The notes below the pieces were generated by a model. That model made no database searches, had not been told where the DNA came from, and saw only the letters and a list, made by a program, of their open reading frames with translations. From NCBI GenBank assembly GCA_947573445.1, contig CANPFR010000001.1, positions 86,984 to 150,983 of the forward strand: DNA of 64,000 nucleotides, in the 5' to 3' direction. Numbering within the stretch: position 1 is the stretch's first letter; each line of letters begins with the position of its first letter. This DNA is from an uncultured Clostridia bacterium (GTDB lineage: Bacteria > Bacillota > Clostridia > TANB77 > CAG-508). The position numbers and the translations under genes are program-made. Shown here one piece after another: positions 37,122 through 45,263 of the stretch.

Positions 37122-38561
37122 TTATAATCTATTGTATAAATACTCCATATATTTATATATCTTATTATGCCACTCTGTGTCACTCGCATACCTTGTATTT
37201 ACACCTGCAACGGTTGGCCCGTTGTAATACGCTGCTTTAGCCACTTCTCCTTCATAAATTGGTGTGCCAGCTTCATTTATGTAATTTTTAACCAGAACTT
37301 TGGCAACCAACTCAATTCCTTCTGCATATGTTTCAAATGAATAGGAACTCGCATAAGGTGAACTATCATATGCACCATATCCAAATAAATTCTTCTTCTC
37401 TTTCGAAATCGTTGATGTTGCCCATCCACTTTCGTGAATTGCCATAGAAGCTAAAAATACACCATTCATGTTATAATTTTTATCCATATTATAAAACACT
37501 TCTGCATTTTCCTCTATCACACGATTTTTATCAGATGCATTGCCAGATAATATTCGTTTATAATCTTCTAGCGTCAAATCTGTAGAATGATTCAATGGCA
37601 TATTTTCCTCTACTGTCATTTTAATTCTTTGAACTCGATTAGCTTCGATGATACCTGGTGTAACTTTGCTAGTCGTTAAATCTTTGCATTTTACAAAACC
37701 TTCTAATCCATCATATTCAATTTTGCACCATTCTTCATCAGATAACTGTTCCAATGTAACATCCAAACTTTTAAAAATCTTGCAAATTTCAGTAGCAGAA
37801 TCATTGGCTTGATCCATTAATGAAACTTCTTTGGTAACATACATCGTATCTCCCAAATGAGCTTTATTTCTGCTTAAGAACTTTGATGTTCCTTTATCAA
37901 TTACTTGTGGTTGATATGGCTCTGTAACAATAGATTCTAAAATATCTTCTCCCACCAAAACATTATTTTCATAGGATTTGATTACTTTTACTTGTTGCTT
38001 TCCAGCTGTACCTTGTTTTGTTATTACTTCTTCACCTTCTGGCAAATTAGGATTTTCATTGTAGGTAATTTCAAATGGAACTGGACGTTCTTCTTCTATG
38101 TACTCTTTGGATTTTAACACACTAACATTTTCCATTAAAATTTCTTCTAGTTGTATAGCATTTTCGTTTTTTTCTAAAATAAGTTCTGCATTTTCTACTT
38201 GTCCACTTGGAGATTCTTCTTGCGGTTGATTTTCTACAGGTACATTATTTTCAGAATATTCTTCGTTTGCTATCGTTTGATTTTCAATTGTATTTTCAGA
38301 AATAGTTTTAGCAAAAATGCTAGTCGAAAAAATAAAGGTAAAAGCAACAATTGCAATTGTTACCATTACAATAATATGTTCTCCTTGTGCGATTTTCTTA
38401 AGCTTTTTATCTTTTATTGGATTTATTTTTTTACTAACAGCTCGTCTTCCTTTCGCTTTATGTCTCTCTGGCTTAGTCATTTCAATACGTTGGATATTTT
38501 CCAGATTATTTTTCATCTGTTCTAGATTTTGCTGCATTTTTTCAAAATCGTTTATTCTCAT
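37122..38561 (-). CDS. cell-wall hydrolase: TM anchor + G5 + SH3 + N-acetylglucosaminidase domains
   Basis: G5-like segment (ITKQGTAGKQQVKV...DKGT), an SH3-like segment, and the glucosaminidase motif LASMAIHESGWATS. Confidence 0.88.
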   Translation of the reverse strand: MRINDFEKMQQNLEQMKNNLENIQRIEMTKPERHKAKGRRAVSKKINPIKDKKLKKIAQGEHIIVMVTIAIVAFTFIFSTSIFAKTISENTIENQTIANEEYSENNVPVENQPQEESPSGQVENAELILEKNENAIQLEEILMENVSVLKSKEYIEEERPVPFEITYNENPNLPEGEEVITKQGTAGKQQVKVIKSYENNVLVGEDILESIVTEPYQPQVIDKGTSKFLSRNKAHLGDTMYVTKEVSLMDQANDSATEICKIFKSLDVTLEQLSDEEWCKIEYDGLEGFVKCKDLTTSKVTPGIIEANRVQRIKMTVEENMPLNHSTDLTLEDYKRILSGNASDKNRVIEENAEVFYNMDKNYNMNGVFLASMAIHESGWATSTISKEKKNLFGYGAYDSSPYASSYSFETYAEGIELVAKVLVKNYINEAGTPIYEGEVAKAAYYNGPTVAGVNTRYASDTEWHNKIYKYMEYLYNRL

Positions 38562-38739
38562 AACATTACCCTATTATATAATTTCTTAATTATTATACAA
38601 TATAATTTTGTACATGTCCATACAATTTTTTTGATAATTTAGAAATTTTATCCAAAAATATCCGTTTAAATACTCTCTAAAAACTTTTTCGTGTAATTCG
38701 TATTTCGTGTGGTTTTTAAGAGTATTTTCTTAAATATGT

Positions 38740-38995
38740 AAATGGAACCAGCAATTATGGTTCAACTGCAAAAATTTTTGAAGTGTCAAAAATAGAAGAC
38801 GCCACAAAAGAGATGCAAGGAATCTTAGATGGCTGGTTCTCAGACTACAATTTCGTTGTATAATCAGGGTAATCTGTTCTTTATACGTGGTAGTTCTCGT
38901 GACAACAATAGGTAGGCAGGCTGGTTCTATTCATACAACTACGTTAAGAAACAATTCTGACTATCACAGTTTCGCGTGGACTAGCAGGTTCGTGA
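38740..38995 (+). pseudogene. possible decayed gene remnant (multiple stops and frame changes)
   Basis: GC-richer, ORF-free stretch. Its frames read ...DGWFSDYNFVV*, ...FIRGSSRDNNR*AGWFYSYNYV..., ...YHSFAW.SRFVIAL*, with a repeated ggctggttct...tacaa..cgtt unit. Confidence 0.3.
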
Positions 38996-39020
38996 TTGCT
39001 CTTTAAATAAGATTTATTAA

Positions 39021-39062
39021 AAAACCAAAAAAACAGAACTTTTTTCTGTTTTTTGGTTTTTG
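39021..39062. terminator. bidirectional terminator
   Basis: 17-bp stem aaaaccaaaaaaacagaa/ttctgttttttggtttt. Confidence 0.7.
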
Positions 39063-39084
39063 TATTGGAGCTTCCCCATTTTTA

Positions 39085-39813
39085 TTACATTCTCTTAAAA
39101 ATAACATCTCCGAAATCCTTAATTTCAAAATTCGAACTACCATTTTGTATCATATCTTCTCCAGGTAAATCAACTGACATACTTCCTTTATAAATAACAT
39201 TTTGATTGGTTTCAATCAAAATATCAAAACTCAACTGTAGCTTTATCTCCTCTAGCGTAACTCCGATATTTTGTAACAATGTACCATCATACGTAATTTC
39301 TGTGGATTCATTTGAAATATAGGTTCCTAAATTATTCAATGCCACTCTACATCCAATTACACCACCTGTATTAGCTATTTCTAGTGTTTTTAAGTCATCA
39401 ATTGCAGCTCCAGTGTAAGTTAAACTTTCGTTTAAATAATTTTGTTCACTATACGTATATAAATTTTCCAATTCTCCAGTTGGTCTATAAATTGTAACTT
39501 CTCCTTTTTGAGGTGACTTTGTTAACGCAAAATTTTCGATAGTAATTTGTTTGATAGTCTCATCAGTCGCATCATTTTTATCAATATAAAAATATAAATC
39601 ATTTACCTGTTTTATATTGATATTCCAGATATTTTCTCCATCGTCAGTTGGTGTTCCTTCCACTGTGCTAATAACAAAAATTTTAGATATATTATATGGT
39701 AACGTCCTTTCCCCTTCTACCTCGTATTTTAACATAATTGAAATAACAACCATTAAAACAACTATCAGGCAAAATAAAAATACACATTTTTTGAGAACTT
39801 GAATTTTTTTCAT
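39085..39813 (-). CDS. membrane-anchored hypothetical protein (paralogue of 36285..37109)
   Basis: N-terminal transmembrane segment. Blocks such as DLYFYIDKNDATDETIKQITIENFAL and LSFDILIETNQNVIYKGSMSVDL match the paralogue. Confidence 0.75.
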   Translation of the reverse strand: MKKIQVLKKCVFLFCLIVVLMVVISIMLKYEVEGERTLPYNISKIFVISTVEGTPTDDGENIWNINIKQVNDLYFYIDKNDATDETIKQITIENFALTKSPQKGEVTIYRPTGELENLYTYSEQNYLNESLTYTGAAIDDLKTLEIANTGGVIGCRVALNNLGTYISNESTEITYDGTLLQNIGVTLEEIKLQLSFDILIETNQNVIYKGSMSVDLPGEDMIQNGSSNFEIKDFGDVIFKRM

Positions 39814-39833
39814 CTTTAGAATTCCTTTCTTTG

Positions 39834-40299
39834 CTATTTTTTAACTTCTTTTTTACGTTCACGTAACTGTTTGAAAAATGTTTTGAGGATTGTCTCACAT
39901 TCATCTTTTAATATATATTGCTCAACTTCAATTTTATGATTAAATTTATATTCCAAAACATTCAAAAACGAACCAAAAGCCCCTGTTTTGTCATCTTGTG
40001 TTCCAATATATAATTTTCTGATTCTAGCATTGATTAAAGCTCCTGCACACATTGTGCATGGTTCTAAGGTAACATACATATCACAATCAGATAAGCGCCA
40101 TGCTCCTAGTTTTTTGCATGCTTTCTGGAGTGCCAAAATTTCAGCGTGACTGGTAGCATCACATTTTAGTTCTTTTATATTATGTGCCCTTGCAATAATT
40201 TTATTATCCTTTACAATGACAGCACCAACTGGTACTTCATCCTTTGCAAAGGCTTTTCCGTGCCTCTTTGAGTGCTTCTTTCATAAATTTTTCCTTCAT
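39834..40299 (-). pseudogene. tadA: tRNA-specific adenosine deaminase TadA with +1 frameshift
   Basis: ATG at 40299 gives MKEKFMKEALKEARK, then a stop. The next frame reads AFAKDEVPVGAVIV...SHAEILALQKAC...LEPCTMCAGAL, with the HAE and PCxxC motifs. There is an extra A in cggAAAAgcc at about 40254-40257. Confidence 0.88.
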
Positions 40300-40416
40300 A
40301 TTCCACCTTCTTATTATTTTATAGTTATATCATATTTTATTTTTTTTGACAAGCATCAAAAACAGCACTTACAAAAATTATCCTGTAAGTGCTGTTCTTC
40401 AAATTTTCGGAAGTTT

Positions 40417-41178
40417 TTAAGAAATTGGATATGCATGACTTGTCCAAATATATTGATCTGCAAATCGGTCATCTCCATAATAATCACGCGGAATTGCAAA
40501 ATACTGACGTGCCCCTGGAAGCTTAGCATAAATTAAATCTTCGCCCCAAGTTCCTGCCCCTGGATTCTCATCCATTTGATACAATACACATTCCTCAAGA
40601 CATGGAATCGTACCATCTATCAAGCCCTGTGCAACATACCAGGATTCTGGAGAAGCCTCTTTTCCAGATTCTACTGCCCTTTTCGTATTTGAGTGATATT
40701 GATATTTTTGATACAATACCTCATAAATTGAGTGGACATTACAAAAATCTGGATGATTTGTTTCTGCCCTATTAATAATGACTGAACCAACATAGATTCG
40801 ATCAGAAATCTTGTCTTCAGCTGTTTCTCCCGCTTCACACTCAATCATTATCGCAAGAACACCAACTTGTGAGGCATACTGCGGAAAACCTTTAATCACT
40901 GGCGTTATATTTCCTTTTCTTGTCAGATTCACAGAAGCAACCTTGGGTTTTTGAATTGTCTTTACCTCTTTTAAAACATTGTCTGGAACTTTTGGTAAAT
41001 CTATCGATTTAATCACCATTATAGGTTGTTTAGCCTGTAGTTCCTCCGCATTCATCATCAGGATTCCCAGCAACAATAAAATAGCTACTGATTCACACAG
41101 ATTTTTGTTTTGCCGTATAATCATTTGCAAATTTTCTTCTATCTGCTTAGTGGAAATCCCTTTGAAACTCTTTTTCAT
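40417..41178 (-). CDS. SleB/CwlJ-type cell-wall hydrolase
   Basis: N-terminal signal/TM segment, then LAIMIECEAGETAE...VGSVIINRAE...YQYHS, a hydrolase_2-like pattern. Confidence 0.78.
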   Translation of the reverse strand: MKKSFKGISTKQIEENLQMIIRQNKNLCESVAILLLLGILMMNAEELQAKQPIMVIKSIDLPKVPDNVLKEVKTIQKPKVASVNLTRKGNITPVIKGFPQYASQVGVLAIMIECEAGETAEDKISDRIYVGSVIINRAETNHPDFCNVHSIYEVLYQKYQYHSNTKRAVESGKEASPESWYVAQGLIDGTIPCLEECVLYQMDENPGAGTWGEDLIYAKLPGARQYFAIPRDYYGDDRFADQYIWTSHAYPIS

Positions 41179-41430
41179 TTGATTCTCCTTCCTTGTTTCA
41201 ATTTTTTTGTAACATATTTTATTATTTTACCACATTCTGTTAAGTTTGACAAGTCTTTCTGGAACTTTTCTATAATTTTTTGTAGTGTTACAATTGATTT
41301 GAAGCAAAAATAACTTGTTTTATATCAATTTTTTCATATTTCCTGCAAAAATCGATATTATGAAATCATACTCAAAAACTCCTTCTCCTTATTGTATTCA
41401 AACAGCTATATCAAACTTTCATGCTTAGAT

Positions 41431-41850
41431 TCAACCACTTTTATCCACATCTTTTAAATTATCATACATTTTTAACGCCTTACCATGTTGCACACACATA
41501 TACTTATAATTATAATTCATATGATTGGCCACTGTAACCAATGAATCTCCATTCACATATACTTCTGTCAAAATATTACGATACGGTTGTCCAATCTTAA
41601 GCAGAGCTCTATCAATCCTACTCAAATCCTGTTCCAACTTAATTGCAAAATTCAAAGCCTCAATTTTCATATCCAACAAAATCGCCAAACTCTCTGCCAT
41701 CTCATCCTGCACCCTCACACTCCCTTTCATTTTTGCCTGATACTTCACAATCATCCTTTGAACACTCTCATACTCATTCTCAATACTCTCTTTTCTAGCC
41801 TCAATCCATCTCTTATTTTCTTTATATTCCACCAAATCTTGTCGATTCAT
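41431..41850 (-). CDS. phage-type sigma-70 region-4-like regulator (DUF1492/RinA-like)
   Basis: N-terminal coiled segment (LVEYKENKRWIE...) and a C-terminal HTH (RNILTEVYVNGDSLVTVANHMNYNYKYMCVQHGKALK). Confidence 0.65.
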   Translation of the reverse strand: MNRQDLVEYKENKRWIEARKESIENEYESVQRMIVKYQAKMKGSVRVQDEMAESLAILLDMKIEALNFAIKLEQDLSRIDRALLKIGQPYRNILTEVYVNGDSLVTVANHMNYNYKYMCVQHGKALKMYDNLKDVDKSG

Positions 41851-42065
41851 TCGTACCTCCTTATTTCTTCCAAAATAACTTTTTCTACATAAGCCAAAGC
41901 TTCATACTTTGTTATAAACCTCTCATATCTATTTCTTCTATCATACCTCACTATTTTAACTCTCTGATTATAACTTCTTTCATATACTTTAGCCACCTGA
42001 TATTTACTTAATCCACTTTTCCACAACTTTATTATTTCGTCATCTCTCATATTCTTATTATTCAC
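41847..42065 (-). CDS. small HTH protein
   Basis: IIKLWKSGLSKYQVAKVY is a helix-turn-helix pattern. Overlaps the downstream gene by 4 nt. The start is ambiguous (GTG at 42065 or ATG at 42050). Confidence 0.55.
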   Translation of the reverse strand: MNNKNMRDDEIIKLWKSGLSKYQVAKVYERSYNQRVKIVRYDRRNRYERFITKYEALAYVEKVILEEIRRYE

Positions 42066-42651
42066 AATAATATATTTTTATATTTATTCCCTTTTCTCTC
42101 TGCTAATATATCTATCACTCCTTTTAGCTTTTCCTAAAAATTACATCATCAGAATTAACTTTATTATTACTATTTCCTTTTTTTCCATAGCGATTCACAT
42201 CTTTTCTTATTATGATAATTTTACAAAAACCTAGGAGATTTCAATCATGAGCAAGTATCATATACATTTAACATGAAAACAATACAGAAAAATTTGTATC
42301 CCTATTCCAAAAAATCTCACCCTTAATTTTTCCAAAATATCTCTATAATTTGCATACGTCTTATTCATTTCACGTTTCAAATCATCTAGCCTATTACACT
42401 GTAATAAAAATAGCATCAAAAAAAATCAATTAGAAACTTTATAAAAATACACTGAATCAGGAATGTCAGCAAAAGTCTGTAGCAAAATCTACATTATAAA
42501 AAATTCAAACCATATTAGATACTCATACAAGTGTTTTTGAAAAATATAATATATACATAAAACAAAATAAATTTTAGAATACTATTGCATTAATTAAACA
42601 GAAAAAACTACACAACCCATTGTCATTTCAATATTGCAGAGTTTTTTATTT

Positions 42652-42689
42652 TGGTGCACCCAACTGGAATCGAACCAGCGACCTTCCGC
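42652..42689 (-). other. 3' fragment of a tRNA gene (anticodon-stem 3' strand to CCA): prophage attachment-site core
   Basis: The minus strand reads GCGGA-AGGTC-GCTGG-TTCGATT-CCAGT-TGGGTGC-A-CCA. No matching 5' acceptor strand lies upstream, so it is a displaced tRNA 3' end. The isotype could not be determined. Confidence 0.7.
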
Positions 42690-42772
42690 TTACTCAAAAC
42701 CCATTTCATACCACTTTCAAATTCGCCAAAACACCTGAAAATACTCGTTTTTTCAAAAAATCACACTTCAAC

Positions 42773-42816
42773 TTATTCCAAGTTATTCCAAACCAAGTCG
42801 GGAAAAAGTCGGGAAA
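42773..42816 (+). repeat. two adjacent pairs of tandem direct repeats, (TTATTCCAA)x2 and (AAGTCGGGAAA)x2
   Basis: Copies at 42773-42781 and 42783-42791, and perfectly tandem at 42795-42805 and 42806-42816. They lie about 85-165 nt inside the prophage from the att core. Confidence 0.6.
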
Positions 42817-43023
42817 TTTTTGAAACCAATGTTCGTTATTTTTATTGCGTAAAATCAACTCAAAAGAAATCTTAGAAATTATTCATATTATAACTTACCT
42901 CCATCAACATTATAACAAATTTCATTATAAGATTAACATAACTACTTGCCTAATTTCTAAAAACATGATACAATATCATTAGAACCCATTTTGAAAAATA
43001 CAAAGCAATGGAGGTAGACAACC

Positions 43024-43191
43024 ATGACAGAAGTATTTATAAAATTAATCCTTGGAATCATCTTCATATTTATTGGAAAAAAACTTTTGCAAAAAAGCGA
43101 AAAAGCCACTCGTCACACCATCGAAAACACCTTATTCATAGTTGGAATGCTAATCCTTTGGACTGGTATTCTATGTTGCTTTATGGTTTGA
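43024..43191 (+). CDS. 55-aa two-TM membrane protein (att-proximal prophage moron)
   Basis: GGAGG RBS 9 nt upstream, TTGCCT-17-TACAAT (TG extended) promoter at about 42950-42978, and a hairpin downstream. Sequence is MTEVFIKLILGIIFIFIGKK...LFIVGMLILWTGILCCFMV. Not in the ORF track because it is under 60 aa. Confidence 0.55.
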   Translation: MTEVFIKLILGIIFIFIGKKLLQKSEKATRHTIENTLFIVGMLILWTGILCCFMV

Positions 43192-43312
43192 CTAACATTA
43201 GAAACAAGGTAAACAAAAAAAGTTTCTCGTCGCATAATTGCGACAAGGAACTTTTTTTATTTTAAATTTCAGTAAAACCAGCTAGATTCATATCAACCCA
43301 GCTGGTTCTATT

Positions 43313-44044
43313 CTACTTACATCCACCTTTCCATCTCACATAACCACACTTATATGTATTTGTCCCATTCACCTTATACCTCACAAGCGGTCTATCGTTA
43401 TCGATCGAAAGATATTCTGCCGTCTCACGTGGATCCAACGCCCCTATCTTTTTACTCAACCCCGTATCTGCAAAAACAGGTTCTGGTGTACTACCATTCA
43501 CATACTTTTTAGCCATCTCTAAACTTCCTCCTTCATTATTATTATCTTGAACTGGTATTGCTTGATAATCCAAATGCCTCCTTATCTTATTCAAAAATCT
43601 TTCCCAGCCCAAATCCAACGTCCTATGTGGACAATACTTCTTACTATAATCTTGATGTTTCTTCACCTTATCAACTCCCCAATTACGTTCCTTCAGCAAC
43701 ATCGCAATATAACTAGCAGCCAAATCTTCTGCCTCATTAAATCGTTCATCACCCGACTTGCTATAACAAATCTCAATCGATATTGCTTTACGATTTCCTC
43801 GACCATTTCTTCCATCTCCCGCATGAAATGCATTACGATTAAACGGAATCCCAGTCACAACTCTATAATCATCAACTGCCACATGAAAAGATGTACTCGA
43901 ATTATTTCCCAGCATATAACTTACCTCTGACATTGCACTCGCATCATTCGCCGTATTATGCACCGCAATTTCCTCTGCCACCATCTCATACGGACACTTC
44001 AAACCATACTTCCCACTCGGGCACTTAACATTCGTTATTTGCAT
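43313..44044 (-). CDS. endolysin: N-acetylmuramoyl-L-alanine amidase (amidase_2/PGRP) + C-terminal binding domain
   Basis: Motifs ...IAVHNTAN..., FHVAVDD, ISIEIC and KKHQDYSKKYCPH. Strong GGAGGGG RBS. Confidence 0.92.
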   Translation of the reverse strand: MQITNVKCPSGKYGLKCPYEMVAEEIAVHNTANDASAMSEVSYMLGNNSSTSFHVAVDDYRVVTGIPFNRNAFHAGDGRNGRGNRKAISIEICYSKSGDERFNEAEDLAASYIAMLLKERNWGVDKVKKHQDYSKKYCPHRTLDLGWERFLNKIRRHLDYQAIPVQDNNNEGGSLEMAKKYVNGSTPEPVFADTGLSKKIGALDPRETAEYLSIDNDRPLVRYKVNGTNTYKCGYVRWKGGCK

Positions 44045-44162
44045 ACTCTTCCCCTCCTACTCCATCAAACTCATCAACTTCCGCAAAAGCATTCTCTTGC
44101 AAATTCTTTTGATACAACTCTTCACAAAACTCAACTTCTTCCACTTCAATATTATCATCCAT
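44025..44162 (-). CDS. possible 45-aa acidic peptide between holin and endolysin
   Basis: The ATG directly follows the holin stop and the ORF overlaps the endolysin start. Sequence is MDDNIEVEEVEFCEELYQ... No separate RBS. Confidence 0.3.
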   Translation of the reverse strand: MDDNIEVEEVEFCEELYQKNLQENAFAEVDEFDGVGGEEYANNEC

Positions 44163-44354
44163 TTATTTCTCCTCCATTTCCGGCAATCCTGCCACACTCG
44201 TTAGTAAACTCAAAATTCCAGCCAACAACGACGCACTTCCAACCATCATCCAATCAATATCACTCATCACACTTCCAACACCAATCAACGATACCGCCGT
44301 CTGTGCAACCGTTTTCACAGCCCTCACACCAGCACAACTAAACCAATCTTTCAT
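44163..44354 (-). CDS. putative holin (63 aa, two TM)
   Basis: Two hydrophobic helices, a charged C-terminus, and a position just upstream of the endolysin. Confidence 0.75.
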   Translation of the reverse strand: MKDWFSCAGVRAVKTVAQTAVSLIGVGSVMSDIDWMMVGSASLLAGILSLLTSVAGLPEMEEK

Positions 44355-44367
44355 ATCAACTCACCCC

Positions 44368-44607
44368 CTACTTCAACTTACTCTCCAAATCACTAATCCT
44401 ATGATTCGCAACCTTCAACTCCTCATCCTGCACCGCATTATCCTGCTCTAACTTATAAACCCTCTCAATCACATGATTATGTTTCTCAACCTTCTTCTCC
44501 AACTGCTCCACTCGATAATTCGTCAGCTTATTCGCCACCAAAATACCTCCAAAACTACCAATCAACGTTCCAAACAACGAAATCACAGATATTATAATCT
44601 CATTCAC
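44368..44607 (-). CDS. membrane-anchored coiled-coil lysis-cassette protein
   Basis: N-terminal transmembrane segment followed by heptad-like LEKKVEKH...LESKLK. GTG start with a G-rich RBS. Confidence 0.6.
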   Translation of the reverse strand: MNEIIISVISLFGTLIGSFGGILVANKLTNYRVEQLEKKVEKHNHVIERVYKLEQDNAVQDEELKVANHRISDLESKLK

Positions 44608-44626
44608 CTACAACCCCCCCTTCTCC

Positions 44627-45055
44627 TCAATTCTTAAATCCAACAATCTTCAAAATCCTCATATAAGTCGCATCCTTCACAGCAAAACTCTGTCCACCAA
44701 AATCAATATCAATATCCTTCTCCCTCTCCAAACTAAAAGAAACACCCGACAAGCGAACACGTGCCGAATATCCATAAAAATGATTATCATTAGCTACACT
44801 ACCGCCCCAAAGCGGTATCAATATATCTCCACTACCACTCCTGCCACTCGTCAAAACCTCTTGTGAAAAAACCTGTCCTGGTCCCTCCAAACCATCTACA
44901 TACCCATACACAATCAGCCTCTCATAATTCTCTATCGTATCATTCAACTTCCCTGACACAACATGGTCAGCCCCCTCATACAACAATCTACCATTAAACT
45001 CTTCCTGTAACACTCCATCCACCAAGCATTTGTTATCCTTAATCAACTTTCCCAT
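44627..45055 (-). CDS. phage hypothetical protein (142 aa)
   Basis: ORF with a GGAGGA RBS in the tail-fibre/lysis region. Confidence 0.65.
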   Translation of the reverse strand: MGKLIKDNKCLVDGVLQEEFNGRLLYEGADHVVSGKLNDTIENYERLIVYGYVDGLEGPGQVFSQEVLTSGRSGSGDILIPLWGGSVANDNHFYGYSARVRLSGVSFSLEREKDIDIDFGGQSFAVKDATYMRILKIVGFKN

Positions 45056-45250
45056 TTACATTTCCTCCTTCTCCTCAATCTCCTTATAATTCTCAACATC
45101 ATCATTCCTACCCAAATAAATTTTTCTTCCTTGCACATTCGGTACATCCTGTCCTAACTCTTCATCAAAATACATTGCCTTACTCTGTATTATCTTCCCT
45201 TCCTCTGCAACTAACTTCACATTCTTATTTTCTAACTCTATAACCTTCAT
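45056..45250 (-). CDS. phage hypothetical protein (64 aa)
   Basis: ATG at 45250 after a GGGATGGAG RBS. The longer track ORF would overlap the upstream gene. Confidence 0.55.
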   Translation of the reverse strand: MKVIELENKNVKLVAEEGKIIQSKAMYFDEELGQDVPNVQGRKIYLGRNDDVENYKEIEEKEEM

Positions 45251-45263
45251 AACTCCATCCCTT

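Noticed and set aside
38590-39084. Considered whether the ORF-free 0.5-kb gap is a known structured RNA (6S, tmRNA, RNase P or a riboswitch).
   Set aside because: I could find no conserved motifs of these RNAs, and the SRP RNA is accounted for at 36109-36227. The frames show protein-like repeated fragments instead, so I listed it as a possible decayed gene with low confidence.
39692-40536. Track ORFs 39692-39904(-) and 40216-40536(+) around tadA.
   Set aside because: The first bridges the intergenic gap out of frame with both neighbours. The second is antisense to the tadA 5' part and the hydrolase 3' end. Neither has an RBS or a recognisable motif.
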